Origin: Candidatus Eiseniibacteriota bacterium
GTDB lineage: Bacteria; Eisenbacteria; RBG-16-71-46
Length of the DNA: 64,000 nt
Assembly: GCA_963744995.1 (NCBI GenBank)
Contig: CAVUWA010000009.1
Coordinates: 32,001 to 96,000 of the forward strand
Direction: 5' to 3'
Part shown: one piece after another, positions 9,320-19,543 of the stretch
How the letters are laid out: each line of letters starts with the position of its first letter
Numbering within the stretch: position 1 is the stretch's first letter
Program-made: the position numbers and the translations under genes
The notes under the pieces: generated by a model
What the model was told of the DNA's origin: nothing
The model's database searches: none
The model's input: only the letters and a program-made list of their open reading frames with translations

Positions 9320-10668
9320 GCGGCGACCTGTTCGGCCATTCGCCGCCTGCGCGCGGTCGCGGCGCCCGGACTCCGGGCGGACCGCTCGCCGACCGGATGC
9401 GTCCGGCGCGCTTCGAGGAGCTGCTCGGCCAGGCGCACCTGCTGGAGCCCGGGGCGCCGCTCGCGCTCATGCGCGACGGCCGGCACCTCAGCTCGGTGAT
9501 TCTGTGGGGGCCGCCGGGGACCGGCAAGACCACGATCGCGCGGCTGCTCGCCGAGCGGGCGGCGGTGCCGTTCGTCGCCTTCAGCGCGGTCCTGTCCGGA
9601 GTCCGGGAGGTGCGTGAGGTCATGCAGCGTGCCGCGCTCGAGCGCCGGAACAGCGGCCGCCCCACGCTGCTGTTCGTGGACGAGATCCACCGCTTCAACC
9701 GTGCGCAGCAGGACGCATTCCTCTCCCACGTCGAGAACGGCGACATCGTGCTGATCGGTGCGACCACCGAGAACCCGTCGTTCGAGGTCAACGCGGCGCT
9801 GCTGTCCCGCGCGCGGGTGCTGGTGCTCAAGGAGCTCACCCCGGCGATGCTCGTCACCCTGCTCGAGCGCGCGCTCGCCGATCCCGAGCGCGGCTATGGC
9901 GGCCGCATCGAGGCGGAGCCCGCCGCGCTGGCGCTGATCGCCGAAAGTTCCGACGGCGACGCGCGCCGCGCGCTCGGGGCGTTGGAGATCGCCGCCGCCG
10001 CCGGGCGCCGGATCACGGTCGAGGAGGCACGGCGCGCGCTGCAGCGGCGGCACCTGCGTTACGACAAGTCCGGCGAGGAACACTTCAACCTGATCTCGGC
10101 GCTGCACAAGTCGCTGCGCGACTCCGATCCGCACGCCGGCCTCTACTGGCTGGCGCGCATGCTGGCCGCCGGCGAGGAGCCGCTCTATGTCGCGCGGCGG
10201 CTGGTGCGCTTCGCCTCGGAGGACGTCGGCAACGCCGATCCGCACGCGCTGCCGCTCGCGGTGGCGGCGTTTCAGGCCTATCACCAGCTCGGGTCGCCCG
10301 AGGGGGAACTCGCGATCGCGCAGTGCGCGGTCTACCTGGCCACGGCGCCCAAAAGCAACGCGGTCTATCGGGGCTTCGGCGCCGCCGCTGCCGAGGTCGA
10401 GAAGAGCGGCGCACTGCCGCCGCCGCTGGTGATCCGCAACGCGCCGACGCGGCTCATGAAGGAACTCGGCTACGGTCGGGGCTATCGCTACGCGCACGAC
10501 GACGAAGGCCGGATCTCCGATCAGGCCCACCTGCCCGACGAACTGGCCGGGCGGCGCTTCTACGAGCCGAGCGGAGAGGGCTTCGAGGCCGCGATCCGCG
10601 AGCGCATGCAGGCGTGGGAGCATCTGATCGCCGCGCGCCGCGCGGACAGGGGGTCCGAAACGCCCTGA
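9316..10668 (+). CDS. rarA: Replication-associated recombination protein A
   Basis: PLADRMRP, WGPPGTGKTT, DEIHRFNRAQQD, ATTENPSF, ISALHKS, APKSNA. Confidence 0.96.
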   Translation: MSGDLFGHSPPARGRGARTPGGPLADRMRPARFEELLGQAHLLEPGAPLALMRDGRHLSSVILWGPPGTGKTTIARLLAERAAVPFVAFSAVLSGVREVREVMQRAALERRNSGRPTLLFVDEIHRFNRAQQDAFLSHVENGDIVLIGATTENPSFEVNAALLSRARVLVLKELTPAMLVTLLERALADPERGYGGRIEAEPAALALIAESSDGDARRALGALEIAAAAGRRITVEEARRALQRRHLRYDKSGEEHFNLISALHKSLRDSDPHAGLYWLARMLAAGEEPLYVARRLVRFASEDVGNADPHALPLAVAAFQAYHQLGSPEGELAIAQCAVYLATAPKSNAVYRGFGAAAAEVEKSGALPPPLVIRNAPTRLMKELGYGRGYRYAHDDEGRISDQAHLPDELAGRRFYEPSGEGFEAAIRERMQAWEHLIAARRADRGSETP

Positions 10669-10733
10669 GCGATACGGCCGCTGCGATGCGCGCCGCGCCG
10701 CCCTGGCGAGGGGCACGTTTGACCTCCGGCGGT

Positions 10734-10773
10734 GCAGACGAAGGCGGCGGCGGCGCCGCCGCCGCCCGTCTGC
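10734..10773. terminator. GC-rich hairpin between convergent genes
   Basis: Inverted repeat GCAGACG..GGCGGCGGCG / CGCCGCCGCC..CGTCTGC; no clear U-tract. Confidence 0.35.
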
Positions 10774-10778
10774 CGGCC

Positions 10779-11429
10779 TCAGCTCGAGGTCTTCTGCGTC
10801 CCGCCGCGGAACTTGATCGAACAGCCGAGAGCCTTGGTCTCGGGACTCGGCACCGGCTCGCCGCCCAGCATCGCCTCGAGCGCATCGGCGAGGAAATGCT
10901 CCTTCACCGCATCCGGGTGGCGCGCGTTGTCGTCGATCGTGCCGTGGTAGACGAGCTGGCCATCGGCATCGAACAGGTACGCCTCCGGCGTGCGGGTCGC
11001 GCCGAACGCGCGGGCGATGTCCGAGCTCGCGTCCACCGCGTACGGGAATCCCATGCCGAGCTGCTTCGCGCGCGCCACCATGCCGTCGAAGCCGTCCTCG
11101 CCGTTCACCTCGGGGTCGTTGGCGTTGATCATGATCACGCCGACGCCCTTCTTCACGTACGCGTTGGCGAGCTCCACCATGCGTCCCTGCCAGGCCTTGA
11201 CCCACGGGCAGGAGTTGCACGTGAAGATCACCAGCGTGCCCTGCTTGCCGGCGGCAGCGGCGATGGTCGTCGTACTGCCGTCGACGGTCCGCATCTTCGT
11301 CTGCGCCATGGGCGCCTTGTCGCCGATCGAAATCCCCGCGTCGCCGGCCATGGCGGGGGCCGCGACGGCGAGCGCCGCCGCGACCATGGATGCGATCCGG
11401 ATCCTGTTCCTGTTCCTGTTCCTGTTCAT
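10779..11429 (-). CDS. Secreted thioredoxin-family (AhpC/TSA-like) redoxin
   Basis: Signal peptide, FTCNSCPWV, FPYAVD, ATRTPE, C-terminal GCSIK; SD AAGGAG. Confidence 0.88.
   Translation of the reverse strand: MNRNRNRNRIRIASMVAAALAVAAPAMAGDAGISIGDKAPMAQTKMRTVDGSTTTIAAAAGKQGTLVIFTCNSCPWVKAWQGRMVELANAYVKKGVGVIMINANDPEVNGEDGFDGMVARAKQLGMGFPYAVDASSDIARAFGATRTPEAYLFDADGQLVYHGTIDDNARHPDAVKEHFLADALEAMLGGEPVPSPETKALGCSIKFRGGTQKTSS
11403..11426. repeat. Hexanucleotide repeat (CCTGTT)4 encoding (NR)4 in the signal peptide
   Basis: Four perfect copies immediately after the start codon. Confidence 0.85.
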
Positions 11430-11464
11430 CGCTGGCTCCTTGAGTGGGATGGGATGGTCGGCAT

Positions 11465-12070
11465 TCACGGATGCGCCTCCCCGGTCGCCGCGAGCACCGC
11501 GTCGAGGTGCCGGCGCATCTGGTCGTAGGTGGCCTTGCCCTGCCAGTAGTCGCGACGCCTGCCGCCGCGGTCGTAGATGAAGGTCGCAGGCAGCGCGCCG
11601 CTCCACTCGGGATTCAGGCCGTCGATGAACGCCATGTCGCTGCCGGTCTTGATGTAGGTGCGGAACTCGACGCCGTGCGCCGCGAGGAACTCGCGCGCCG
11701 CGCCGAGCTCATCGTCGAAGTCGCCGGAAACCAGCACCAGCCGGACACCACGATCCCGGTAATCGCGGCCGAGACGCACGAGATCCGGGAACTCCTCGCG
11801 GCACGGCCCGCACCAGGTGGCCCAGACGTTGAGCACCACGGCACGGGCGTCACTCTGATCCACGATGCGGCGCAGGTCGTCGGCGGTCACGGGCACGACC
11901 TCGGGCAGGCCCGCGGTGTCCGGCGCCGCCGGGGCGGCGGACGCCTGCGCCGCTCTGGCGGCCTCGGCGCCGGCGTTCCGCGGCGTCGCGCGGCCGCAGC
12001 CGGTGAGCGCGAAGGCGAGCGCGAGCGCGAGCAGCGGAGCATGGCGGCGCGGTGCGCGGGTGGCGATCAG
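11465..12070 (-). CDS. TlpA-family thiol-disulfide oxidoreductase lipoprotein
   Basis: Lipobox LTGC, NVWATWCGPCREEFP, GALPATF. Start uncertain (CTG 12070 or GTG 12115). Confidence 0.88.
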   Translation of the reverse strand: MIATRAPRRHAPLLALALAFALTGCGRATPRNAGAEAARAAQASAAPAAPDTAGLPEVVPVTADDLRRIVDQSDARAVVLNVWATWCGPCREEFPDLVRLGRDYRDRGVRLVLVSGDFDDELGAAREFLAAHGVEFRTYIKTGSDMAFIDGLNPEWSGALPATFIYDRGGRRRDYWQGKATYDQMRRHLDAVLAATGEAHP

Positions 12071-12846
12071 AAGCGTCCCTTTCTCCGTTCCCGCGCCGGC
12101 ATGTTCTCGAGACACGTGGTCCACCAGCCGGTGCGGATCGTGGTGATGAATTCTTCCGGGAGCCGCTCCGCTTCCATCTCGCGGGCGAGCGCCTCGTGAT
12201 CGTAGTCGACGGCCCGGAACGAAACGTCCAGACCGTGTGGATTCAGATCGAGCCGGGCATACCAGACCCGCGGCGAGCCGTCGTTGGCCGGCCGGCCGAT
12301 GGCGCCGGCGTTGACCACGTGCCGCCCCGAAGGGAGCGCGCGGTGCCAGTGGAGGCCGGTGTGCGTGCAGACGATCACGTCCGCCGCGTGCGTCTCGCAC
12401 AGCCATTCGAGAAACGCGTCCGAGCAGGCGGAGTCCCAGAGGAACTCGTTCACGCGCCTGGGCGAGCCGTGACACAGCAACACGCGCCGGCCGCCCGCCT
12501 CCAGACGCTCCGTCTCGGGCCGCTCGCGCATCCAGCGCTTGTGGTCCGCCGAGGTGCGCGCGAGGGTGTAGTCGAACGACACCTGCGCGAAATGATTGTC
12601 GCGCGGGTCGGTGTAGCCGCACGCGCAGTCGGCGAGTTCGGCACCGATCGAGGCGTCGTAGTTGCCGCGCAGCATCGGCACGCCGGCCTCGCGCAGGCGC
12701 CCGGCAGCGCGGTCGGGGTGCGGGCCGAAGCCGCCGAGATCCCCCAGGCAGCGGATCGCGTCCGGCGCCCACGCGTGCGCATCGTCCAGCACCCTCCCGA
12801 GGGCCAGGTGGTTGCTGTAGACACCGCCGAAGACGGCCAGCTTCAT
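12067..12846 (-). CDS. Metallophosphoesterase family protein with a Cys-containing insert
   Basis: GGVYSN, CLGDLGG, RGNYD, DCACGY, CHGSP, THTG, NAGAIGRP; ATGA overlap with the upstream gene. Confidence 0.85.
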   Translation of the reverse strand: MKLAVFGGVYSNHLALGRVLDDAHAWAPDAIRCLGDLGGFGPHPDRAAGRLREAGVPMLRGNYDASIGAELADCACGYTDPRDNHFAQVSFDYTLARTSADHKRWMRERPETERLEAGGRRVLLCHGSPRRVNEFLWDSACSDAFLEWLCETHAADVIVCTHTGLHWHRALPSGRHVVNAGAIGRPANDGSPRVWYARLDLNPHGLDVSFRAVDYDHEALAREMEAERLPEEFITTIRTGWWTTCLENMPARERRKGRF

Positions 12847-13736
12847 CCGTTCGCGCACGTCATCCCCGTGACGTAGCAGGTGTAGCAGGCGCCGTGCGCA
12901 AGCCGGAACGGCCCGAGCGCGCCGGCCAGCGTGTCGCCCATGCGGCCCTGCGGTTCATCCACCAGCAGCGGGCAGACATAGACGCCCTTCGCGGTCACCG
13001 CGCGGCAGGAGCCGCACTGGAGTCGCGTCGGATCGAACGCCGCGGCCGGCAGATCCGCCAGCGACTCGGCCGCGCCGTAGGCGCGCGAGCGCTCCGTTTC
13101 GCGGCCGAGCCGGAACAGCGGCAGCACCTTGAGCCGCGGGCGTTCGAGCCCGGCGGCGCGCAGCATGGCGATGAAGCGCTCGCGGAAAGCGAGCGGATCG
13201 TCGTCGGTTCCCCGGGTCACGGTGACGATCGGCAGCAGGCCGGCGTCGGTCGCGCGGACGAGGCCCTCGATCGTGCGGGCGAAGCTGCCCGCGCCGCGCA
13301 AGGCGTCGTGGGTCCTCGCGTCCATCCCGTCGAGGCTCACCCGGAGCTCGAGTGCGAAGCGCGAGCGGTCCGCGAGGGCCGCGAGCGCCGCGACTCGCGC
13401 CGAAGTGAACAGCGTTCCGTTGGTGAGCACCGTGCACGGCGCGTCGGCGAGCGCATCCTCGAGGATCTCCAGCATGTCCGGATGCATGAAGGGCTCGCCG
13501 CCGGTGAAGTAGATCTCGCGGACGCCGAGCGCGAGCCCCTCGTCCACGCGCGCCCGCACCTCGGCCCGGCTCATCAGCGGGTGGTGCAGGTCGCCGGGCC
13601 CGCACGAGACGAAGCAGTGCGTGCAGGCGAGGTTGCACAGCGTCCCCGCGACCTGGATCCAGAGCGCGTCCAGGTGCGCGAGGGGCTGGAGCGGGTATGC
13701 GAGCGCAGGCGATGGCGATATGCGGGTCAGCGACAA
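12843..13736 (-). CDS. Radical SAM protein with Cys-rich C-terminus
   Basis: CNLACTHC, TGGEPF, LTNG, VSLDG; tail C...CP...HGACYTC...C; TTG start after SD GAGGA. Confidence 0.9.
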   Translation of the reverse strand: MSLTRISPSPALAYPLQPLAHLDALWIQVAGTLCNLACTHCFVSCGPGDLHHPLMSRAEVRARVDEGLALGVREIYFTGGEPFMHPDMLEILEDALADAPCTVLTNGTLFTSARVAALAALADRSRFALELRVSLDGMDARTHDALRGAGSFARTIEGLVRATDAGLLPIVTVTRGTDDDPLAFRERFIAMLRAAGLERPRLKVLPLFRLGRETERSRAYGAAESLADLPAAAFDPTRLQCGSCRAVTAKGVYVCPLLVDEPQGRMGDTLAGALGPFRLAHGACYTCYVTGMTCANG

Positions 13737-13829
13737 GCGGTTTCCTCGGGCGGCGCGGAGGTTTCCATATGGGCCGGTGGGCCGTTCGATGCATCTCAGC
13801 GGGGGACGGTCCTGCCGCGCGCCGCGGTT

Positions 13830-13859
13830 TTGACGGCCCCGGCGCCCGGCACCTAATCT
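13830..13859 (+). promoter_or_regulatory. Putative sigma-70 promoter of the mrp-ccm run
   Basis: TTGACG-N18-TAATCT. Confidence 0.55.
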
Positions 13860-13978
13860 ATCGTGTTGCGTGACAACGTCCCAGCGGCTCGGCGGCCGCG
13901 GGCGGGCCGACGTTCGAGGATACGCGGCCCGCACCGGTTCGGGACCGACATTTCGGTTTCCAGGGGAAAGCAGGGTTC

Positions 13979-15061
13979 ATGGCCACTCAGAAAGAGGTTC
14001 TCGAGGCGCTGCGCGGGGTCGAGGATCCCGATCTGCACCGCGACCTCGTCACCCTCGGGATGATCGAGGGACTCCACGTGGAGGACGGCGTGGCGACGTT
14101 CACGCTGGTGCTCACCACGGCGGCCTGCCCGCTCAAGGATCAGATCGAGGCGGACTGCCGCCGGGCGGTGCTCGCGGTGCCGGGCATCCGCGAGACGCGC
14201 ATCGAGACCACGTCCCGGGTGCGCAAGCCGCGCGCCCCCGGCGCCGACCGCAAGGCGCTGCCCGGCGTCTCGCAGGTGGTCGCGATCGGCAGCGGCAAGG
14301 GCGGCGTCGGCAAGTCGACCGTTGCGGCGAATCTGGCCGTCGCGCTCGCCGCGACCGGCGTGCGCGTCGGGCTGCTCGATGCCGACATCTATGGGCCCAA
14401 CCTGCCGCGCATGCTCGGCGAACGGCGCCAGCCCTCGCAGCGCGACAACAGGATCCTGCCGCTCGACGCCCACGGCGTGAAGTTCATGTCGATGGGCCTG
14501 CTCGTGGATGAGGGCGAGGCGGTGGTGTGGCGCGGCCCGATGCTGCATGGCGCGATGAAGAGCTTCCTGCACGACGTCGACTGGGGCGAGCTCGACTACC
14601 TGCTGGTGGACCTGCCGCCCGGCACCGGCGACGTTCAGCTCTCGCTGATCCAGCAGACCTTCGTGGCGGGCGCGGTGGTGGTGACCACGCCGTCCACGGT
14701 CGCGATCGAGGACGGCGTCAAGGCCGTCAACATGTTCGAAAAGCTTCAGGTCCCGGTGCTCGGCGTGATCGAGAACATGAGCTATTTCGTGTGTCCGGAC
14801 TGCGGCGGACGGCATGACATCTTCAACTCCGGCGAGGCCGAGTCGCGCGCACTGGCCATGGGGCTGCCGTTCCTCGGCGCGATCCCGCTGCACCCGGACG
14901 TGCGCGCGGGCGGCGACGCCGGGCGCCCCGTGGTGATCGACCGGCCGGACGGCGAGCACGCGCGCGCGTTCCGCGAGATCGCCGGACGGCTCGCGCAGCG
15001 GATCAGCATCCAGGCGATGCGCGAAGACGAGACCGTGGGCGCGACGCGCCAGGGCGGCTGA
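13979..15061 (+). CDS. mrp: Mrp/ApbC/NBP35 Fe-S cluster carrier ATPase with N-terminal DUF59-like domain
   Basis: VEDPDL, LTTAACP, GKGGVGKST, DADIYGP, DLPPGTGD, ENMS..CPDC. Confidence 0.94.
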   Translation: MATQKEVLEALRGVEDPDLHRDLVTLGMIEGLHVEDGVATFTLVLTTAACPLKDQIEADCRRAVLAVPGIRETRIETTSRVRKPRAPGADRKALPGVSQVVAIGSGKGGVGKSTVAANLAVALAATGVRVGLLDADIYGPNLPRMLGERRQPSQRDNRILPLDAHGVKFMSMGLLVDEGEAVVWRGPMLHGAMKSFLHDVDWGELDYLLVDLPPGTGDVQLSLIQQTFVAGAVVVTTPSTVAIEDGVKAVNMFEKLQVPVLGVIENMSYFVCPDCGGRHDIFNSGEAESRALAMGLPFLGAIPLHPDVRAGGDAGRPVVIDRPDGEHARAFREIAGRLAQRISIQAMREDETVGATRQGG

Positions 15062-15094
15062 GGCCGCCCGCGGCCCCGCGCGACGGAGGCGCAC

Positions 15095-16252
15095 ATGCGC
15101 GACATCTACGCGGATCACGCGGCGACGACGCCGCCGGCGCCCGAGGTGACCGAGGCGATGCGGCCGTTCATGGGCGATGCGTTCGGCAACGCTTCGTCGG
15201 TCCACCGTCGGGGCGAGGCGGCGCGCGAGGCGATCGACACGGCGCGCGCCCGGGTGGCGGCCCTGCTCGGTGTGACCCCCGAAGAGATCGTGTTCACCGC
15301 TTCGGGGTCGGAATCCAACAACCTCGCGCTGTTCGGCGTGCTCGAGAGCCGCCCGCCCGGCCGCGATCGGCTGGTGACGAGCGCGATCGAGCATCCGTCG
15401 GTGCTCGAGGCCGCGCGCTGGGCCGGGGAGGCGGGCTTCCGCGTGACGACCGTGCCGGTGGGAGAGGACGGCATCGTGGATCTCGGCGCACTCGCAGCCG
15501 CGCTCGACGACGACGTCGCGCTGGTCTCGCTGATGACCGTCAACAACGAGGTCGGCACCGTGCAGCCCGTGGCGGAGGCCGCGGCGCTGGCCCACGGGTG
15601 CGGCGCGCTGTTCCACACGGACGCGGTGCAGGCGGCCGGCAAGATCCCCCTGGACCCGGGGGCGCTCGGCGCCGATCTCGCGAGCATCGCCGCCCACAAG
15701 TTCGACGGGCCGGCGGGCGCCGCGGCGCTGTTCGTGAAGCGCCGGGTGCGGCTCGTGCCACGCGTGCATGGCGGCCATCACGAGCGCGGGCGCCGCGCCG
15801 GCACCGAGAACCTGCCGGCGCTCGCCGGCATGGGCGTCGCCGCGCAGATGGCGGCGGCGGGACACCCCGAGGCGGAAGCGCTGGGCCGGCGTCTCGCCGC
15901 AGGGCTCACGCATGCGATCCGCGGGTGTCGGCTGAACGGCGATCCCGTGCGGCGCGTGGGATCGATCGTGAACCTCACCTTCGAAGGCGTGGACGGCGAA
16001 GCGCTGCTCCACGAGCTGGATCGCGAAGGGATCACCGTGTCCACGGGATCGGCGTGCAGCGCGGCGGGCGAGGGCCCCTCGCACGTGCTGCTGGCGATGG
16101 GGCGATCGGCCGAGGACGCACACGCCAGCGTGCGCTTTTCGCTCGGACGGGGGAATCGCGCGGCGGACCTCGATCGGATACTGTCTGTCGTGCCGGAAGC
16201 GGTGGGGCGCCTGCGGGCGCTCCGGCGGCCGGCGGTCGAAGAGGGCGCGTAG
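15095..16252 (+). CDS. iscS: Cysteine desulfurase (IscS/NifS group I)
   Basis: DHAATT, NNEVG, HTDAVQ, AHKF, GTEN, STGSAC. Confidence 0.9.
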   Translation: MRDIYADHAATTPPAPEVTEAMRPFMGDAFGNASSVHRRGEAAREAIDTARARVAALLGVTPEEIVFTASGSESNNLALFGVLESRPPGRDRLVTSAIEHPSVLEAARWAGEAGFRVTTVPVGEDGIVDLGALAAALDDDVALVSLMTVNNEVGTVQPVAEAAALAHGCGALFHTDAVQAAGKIPLDPGALGADLASIAAHKFDGPAGAAALFVKRRVRLVPRVHGGHHERGRRAGTENLPALAGMGVAAQMAAAGHPEAEALGRRLAAGLTHAIRGCRLNGDPVRRVGSIVNLTFEGVDGEALLHELDREGITVSTGSACSAAGEGPSHVLLAMGRSAEDAHASVRFSLGRGNRAADLDRILSVVPEAVGRLRALRRPAVEEGA

Positions 16253-16304
16253 CGCGCGGCCGGCGCCCGGCACCGGGCCCGCCGCGACGTGGAAGGAGAC
16301 AGCC

Positions 16305-17219
16305 GTGAAACAGCAGGATCAAATCCGCCTCAACGTGGGGCTGGCGGAGATGCTCAAGGGCGGCGTCATCATGGACGTGATGTCGGCGGACCAGGCGAAG
16401 ATCGCCGAGGAATCCGGCGCCGCGGCGGTGATGGCGCTCGAGCGCATCCCATCGCGCATCCGTCGCGAAGGCGGCGTGGCGCGCATGTCGGATCCGAAGC
16501 TCATCAAGGAGATCGAAGCTGCGGTCTCGATCCCGGTCATGGCCAAGTGCCGGATCGGTCACGTCGTCGAGGCGCAGATCCTCGAAGCGCTCGGCGTGGA
16601 TTTCGTCGACGAGAGCGAGGTGCTGACGCCCGCCGACGAGGAGAATCACATCGACAAGCACGCCTTCAAGGTGCCGTTCGTGTGCGGCTGCCGTGACCTG
16701 GGCGAGGCCTTGCGCCGGATCGGCGAAGGCGCCGCGATGATCCGCACCAAGGGCGAAGCCGGCACCGGCAACGTGGTCGAGGCGGTGCGCCACATGCGCT
16801 CGGTGCAGCGCGCCATGAAGACGCTCACCACGCTCACCGGCGACGAGCTGATGGCCGAGGCCAAGCGCCTGGGCGCGCCGTATGAGCAGGTGCGTCAGGT
16901 CGCGCAGACCGGCAGGCTGCCGGTGCCGAACTTCGCCGCGGGCGGAGTGGCGACGCCGGCCGACGCCGCACTGATGATGCGCCTCGGCGCCGAAGCGGTG
17001 TTCGTCGGCTCGGGGATCTTCGACGTCGGGGTCGACGGCAAGCCGGAGGACGCACGCAAGGACCAGCTGCGCATGGCGCGCGCGATCGTCCGCGCCGTGA
17101 CCGACTGGGACAAGCCCGGGGTGCTGGCGGAGATCAGCGAGGGGCTGCCGCGCGCGATGCGCGGGCTGGCCATGGAGCAGATCTCCGAAGCGGAGCAGCT
17201 GGCGAAGCGCGGATGGTGA
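16305..17219 (+). CDS. pdxS: Pyridoxal 5'-phosphate synthase lyase subunit
   Basis: [40 protein letters not shown]. Confidence 0.97.
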   Translation: MKQQDQIRLNVGLAEMLKGGVIMDVMSADQAKIAEESGAAAVMALERIPSRIRREGGVARMSDPKLIKEIEAAVSIPVMAKCRIGHVVEAQILEALGVDFVDESEVLTPADEENHIDKHAFKVPFVCGCRDLGEALRRIGEGAAMIRTKGEAGTGNVVEAVRHMRSVQRAMKTLTTLTGDELMAEAKRLGAPYEQVRQVAQTGRLPVPNFAAGGVATPADAALMMRLGAEAVFVGSGIFDVGVDGKPEDARKDQLRMARAIVRAVTDWDKPGVLAEISEGLPRAMRGLAMEQISEAEQLAKRGW

Positions 17220-17881
17220 CGGAGGGGGGCGGCACCTCGCCCGCACGGGCGCGGCCGCGCGTGGGCGTGCTCGCCCTGCAGGGCGACTTCGCCCGCCACG
17301 CGGCTGCGCTGGAGGCGCTCGGCGCCCGGCCGGTGCGCGTCACCGCGCCGCGCGATCTCGACGGGCTCGACGCGCTGGTCCTGCCCGGGGGCGAATCCAC
17401 GACGATGGTGCGGCTGATCGACGCGGTCGGCCTGCGCGCGCCGCTCGAGGCGTTCATCGCCTCGAAGCCGGTGCTCGGCACCTGCGCCGGTGTGATCCTG
17501 CTCGGCCGCGGCGGAGCCCATCTGCCCGCGCCGCCGTTCGGCGGGATCGACGCCGAGGTCGAGCGCAACGCCTGGGGCCGCCAGATCGATTCGTTCACCG
17601 CTCCCGTGGACGCGCCGCGACTGGGCGAACCCTGCGAGGGCGTGTTCATTCGCGCGCCGCGCATCCGCGCCGTCGGTCCGGACGTCGAGGTGGTCGCGCG
17701 GCTCGGCGGGGAGCGGGCGGGGGAGATCGTCGGCGTGCGCCAGGGTCGACTCGTAGGGCTCTGCTTCCATCCCGAACTCACCCCCGATCTGCGCTTTCAC
17801 CGCTGGTTCCTCGACGAGGTCGCCGGGCTCGGCCCGCGCGCGGCCGCCGCGGCGCCGATCGCCCGGGCGGAGGTCGCTTGA
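17213..17881 (+). CDS. pdxT: PLP synthase glutaminase subunit
   Basis: GVLALQG, PGGESTT, GTCAG, FIRAP, FHPEL. Confidence 0.96.
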   Translation: MVTEGGGTSPARARPRVGVLALQGDFARHAAALEALGARPVRVTAPRDLDGLDALVLPGGESTTMVRLIDAVGLRAPLEAFIASKPVLGTCAGVILLGRGGAHLPAPPFGGIDAEVERNAWGRQIDSFTAPVDAPRLGEPCEGVFIRAPRIRAVGPDVEVVARLGGERAGEIVGVRQGRLVGLCFHPELTPDLRFHRWFLDEVAGLGPRAAAAAPIARAEVA

Positions 17882-18897
17882 ACCCGGACGCGGCGCGGGC
17901 CGCGCTGCACCAGCTGATCGCCAGGCGCGCGCGCTTCCTGCTCACCACGCACGTCAATCCCGACGGCGACGGGCTGGGCAGCGAAGTGGCCTGTGCGCTG
18001 TGGCTCGAGGCGCTCGGCAAGTCGGTCAGGATCCTCAACGACTCGCCGGTGCCGCCCGCGTTCGAGTTCCTGAGCGGCGACCACGCGATCGAGACGTTCG
18101 AGGAGACCCGCGCCGAGACGCGCTTCGGCGAGGCCGACGTGCTGCTGGTGCTCGACACCAGCAACCGCCAGCGTATCGGCCGTCTCGCTCCGGTGATCGA
18201 CCGCCACGCGATCGAGGTTGCGATCGTCGATCATCACGTCTCGCACGACGGCTTCGGCAAGGTGAACGTGATCGAGCCCGGCGCCGCGGCGACCGCCGAG
18301 ATCGTCTACGACCTGATCGGCGAGAGCGGCGTCCCGCTCACGAAGCCGATGGCCGAAGCGCTGTACGTGGGGCTCATGACGGACACCGGCTCGTTCCGCT
18401 ACTCCAACACCGACGGCGACGCCCACCGCATGGCGGCGGCGCTGGTGGACACCGGGCTCGACCCGCAGCGCATTCATGCGCGGGTCCATTCGCACGCTTC
18501 GGCCGGGCGGCTGCGCTTCTTCGGCGAGGTGCTGGGCGCCCTGCGCATGATCGAGGACGGCCGCATCGCGGTGCTCGAGGCTGCCCCCGAGCAGTTCCAG
18601 CGCCACGGTCTGGTGGGCGCCGACACCGAGGGCCTGGTGGACATGCCGCGCGCGATCGCCGGGGTCGAAGTCGTGGCGCTGTTCTCCGAACTCGAGCCCG
18701 GCAAGGTCAAGGTGAGCCTGCGCTCGACCGGCCGCGTGGCGATCGATCAGGTGTGTTCGGCCCTGGGCGGCGGCGGGCACGTGCACGCCGCCGGCGTGCT
18801 GATGCACGGGACGCGCGAGCGCGCGATGGCGCGGGTGCTGCCGGAGCTGGCGAAGCGGGTCGCCGCGCTGGAGCCCGCGGGGCGCGCGCGTGGTTGA
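17878..18897 (+). CDS. nrnA: DHH/DHHA1 phosphoesterase (NrnA-like oligoribonuclease/pAp phosphatase)
   Basis: HVNPDGD, DHH, TDTGSFRY, SLRS, GGGGH. Confidence 0.9.
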   Translation: MNPDAARAALHQLIARRARFLLTTHVNPDGDGLGSEVACALWLEALGKSVRILNDSPVPPAFEFLSGDHAIETFEETRAETRFGEADVLLVLDTSNRQRIGRLAPVIDRHAIEVAIVDHHVSHDGFGKVNVIEPGAAATAEIVYDLIGESGVPLTKPMAEALYVGLMTDTGSFRYSNTDGDAHRMAAALVDTGLDPQRIHARVHSHASAGRLRFFGEVLGALRMIEDGRIAVLEAAPEQFQRHGLVGADTEGLVDMPRAIAGVEVVALFSELEPGKVKVSLRSTGRVAIDQVCSALGGGGHVHAAGVLMHGTRERAMARVLPELAKRVAALEPAGRARG

Positions 18898-19543
18898 GGC
18901 GCCGGTGGCGGTGACGATCGAGGCGCGAGGTCTCTCGCACCGCTACGGGCGCCGGCTGGGGCTCGAGCCGCTGGACTTCGACGTCGCCGCGCCCGGCCTG
19001 GTGGCGGTCACCGGGCCCAACGGCTCGGGCAAGTCGACGTTGATGCGCATTCTCGCCGGACTGCTCAGGCCCTCGGGCGGGTCCGTGTCGATTTCGGCGG
19101 GCGGCGTGCCGTGGCCGCCCGAGGCGCGGCGGCTCGGCGTCGGGTTCGCTTCGCCCGACGTCACGCTCTACGAGGAGATGAGCGTCGCGGAGAACCTGCG
19201 TTTCGCCGCGCGTGGCCGCGGGCTCGCCACGCCGGAACCGACGGTCGTGGCGGCGATGGCGCACGTCGGCCTCGAAGCGCGCGCGCACGATCGCGTCGGC
19301 GCGCTGTCGTCGGGCTGGCGCCAGCGCGCGCGGCTCGCCTTCGCGCTGCTGGGCGAGCCGCCCCTGCTGCTGCTGGACGAACCCGGCAGCCATCTGGACG
19401 AAGACGGGCGACGCGTGATCGAATCGCTCGCCGGGACCTGGTCGCGCGAGCGCCTGGTCATGATCGCCACCAACGACGAACGGGAGTGGACGCTTGGCCG
19501 GCAAAGGATCGATGTCGCAGGCGGTGTGGGCCGTCCTCGCTAA
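18890..19543 (+). CDS. ccmA: Heme export ABC ATPase CcmA
   Basis: GPNGSGKST, LSSG, LLLDEP; precedes ccmB. Confidence 0.85.
   Translation: MVEAPVAVTIEARGLSHRYGRRLGLEPLDFDVAAPGLVAVTGPNGSGKSTLMRILAGLLRPSGGSVSISAGGVPWPPEARRLGVGFASPDVTLYEEMSVAENLRFAARGRGLATPEPTVVAAMAHVGLEARAHDRVGALSSGWRQRARLAFALLGEPPLLLLDEPGSHLDEDGRRVIESLAGTWSRERLVMIATNDEREWTLGRQRIDVAGGVGRPR

Noticed and set aside
10779..13736. Selenocysteine read-through in the redox genes
   Set aside because: Active-site positions are Cys codons, and the TGA stops coincide with natural C-termini or gene overlaps.
13737..13830. TPP or preQ1 riboswitch upstream of the radical SAM gene
   Set aside because: Only a CTGAGA hexamer matches; the rest of the consensus is absent.
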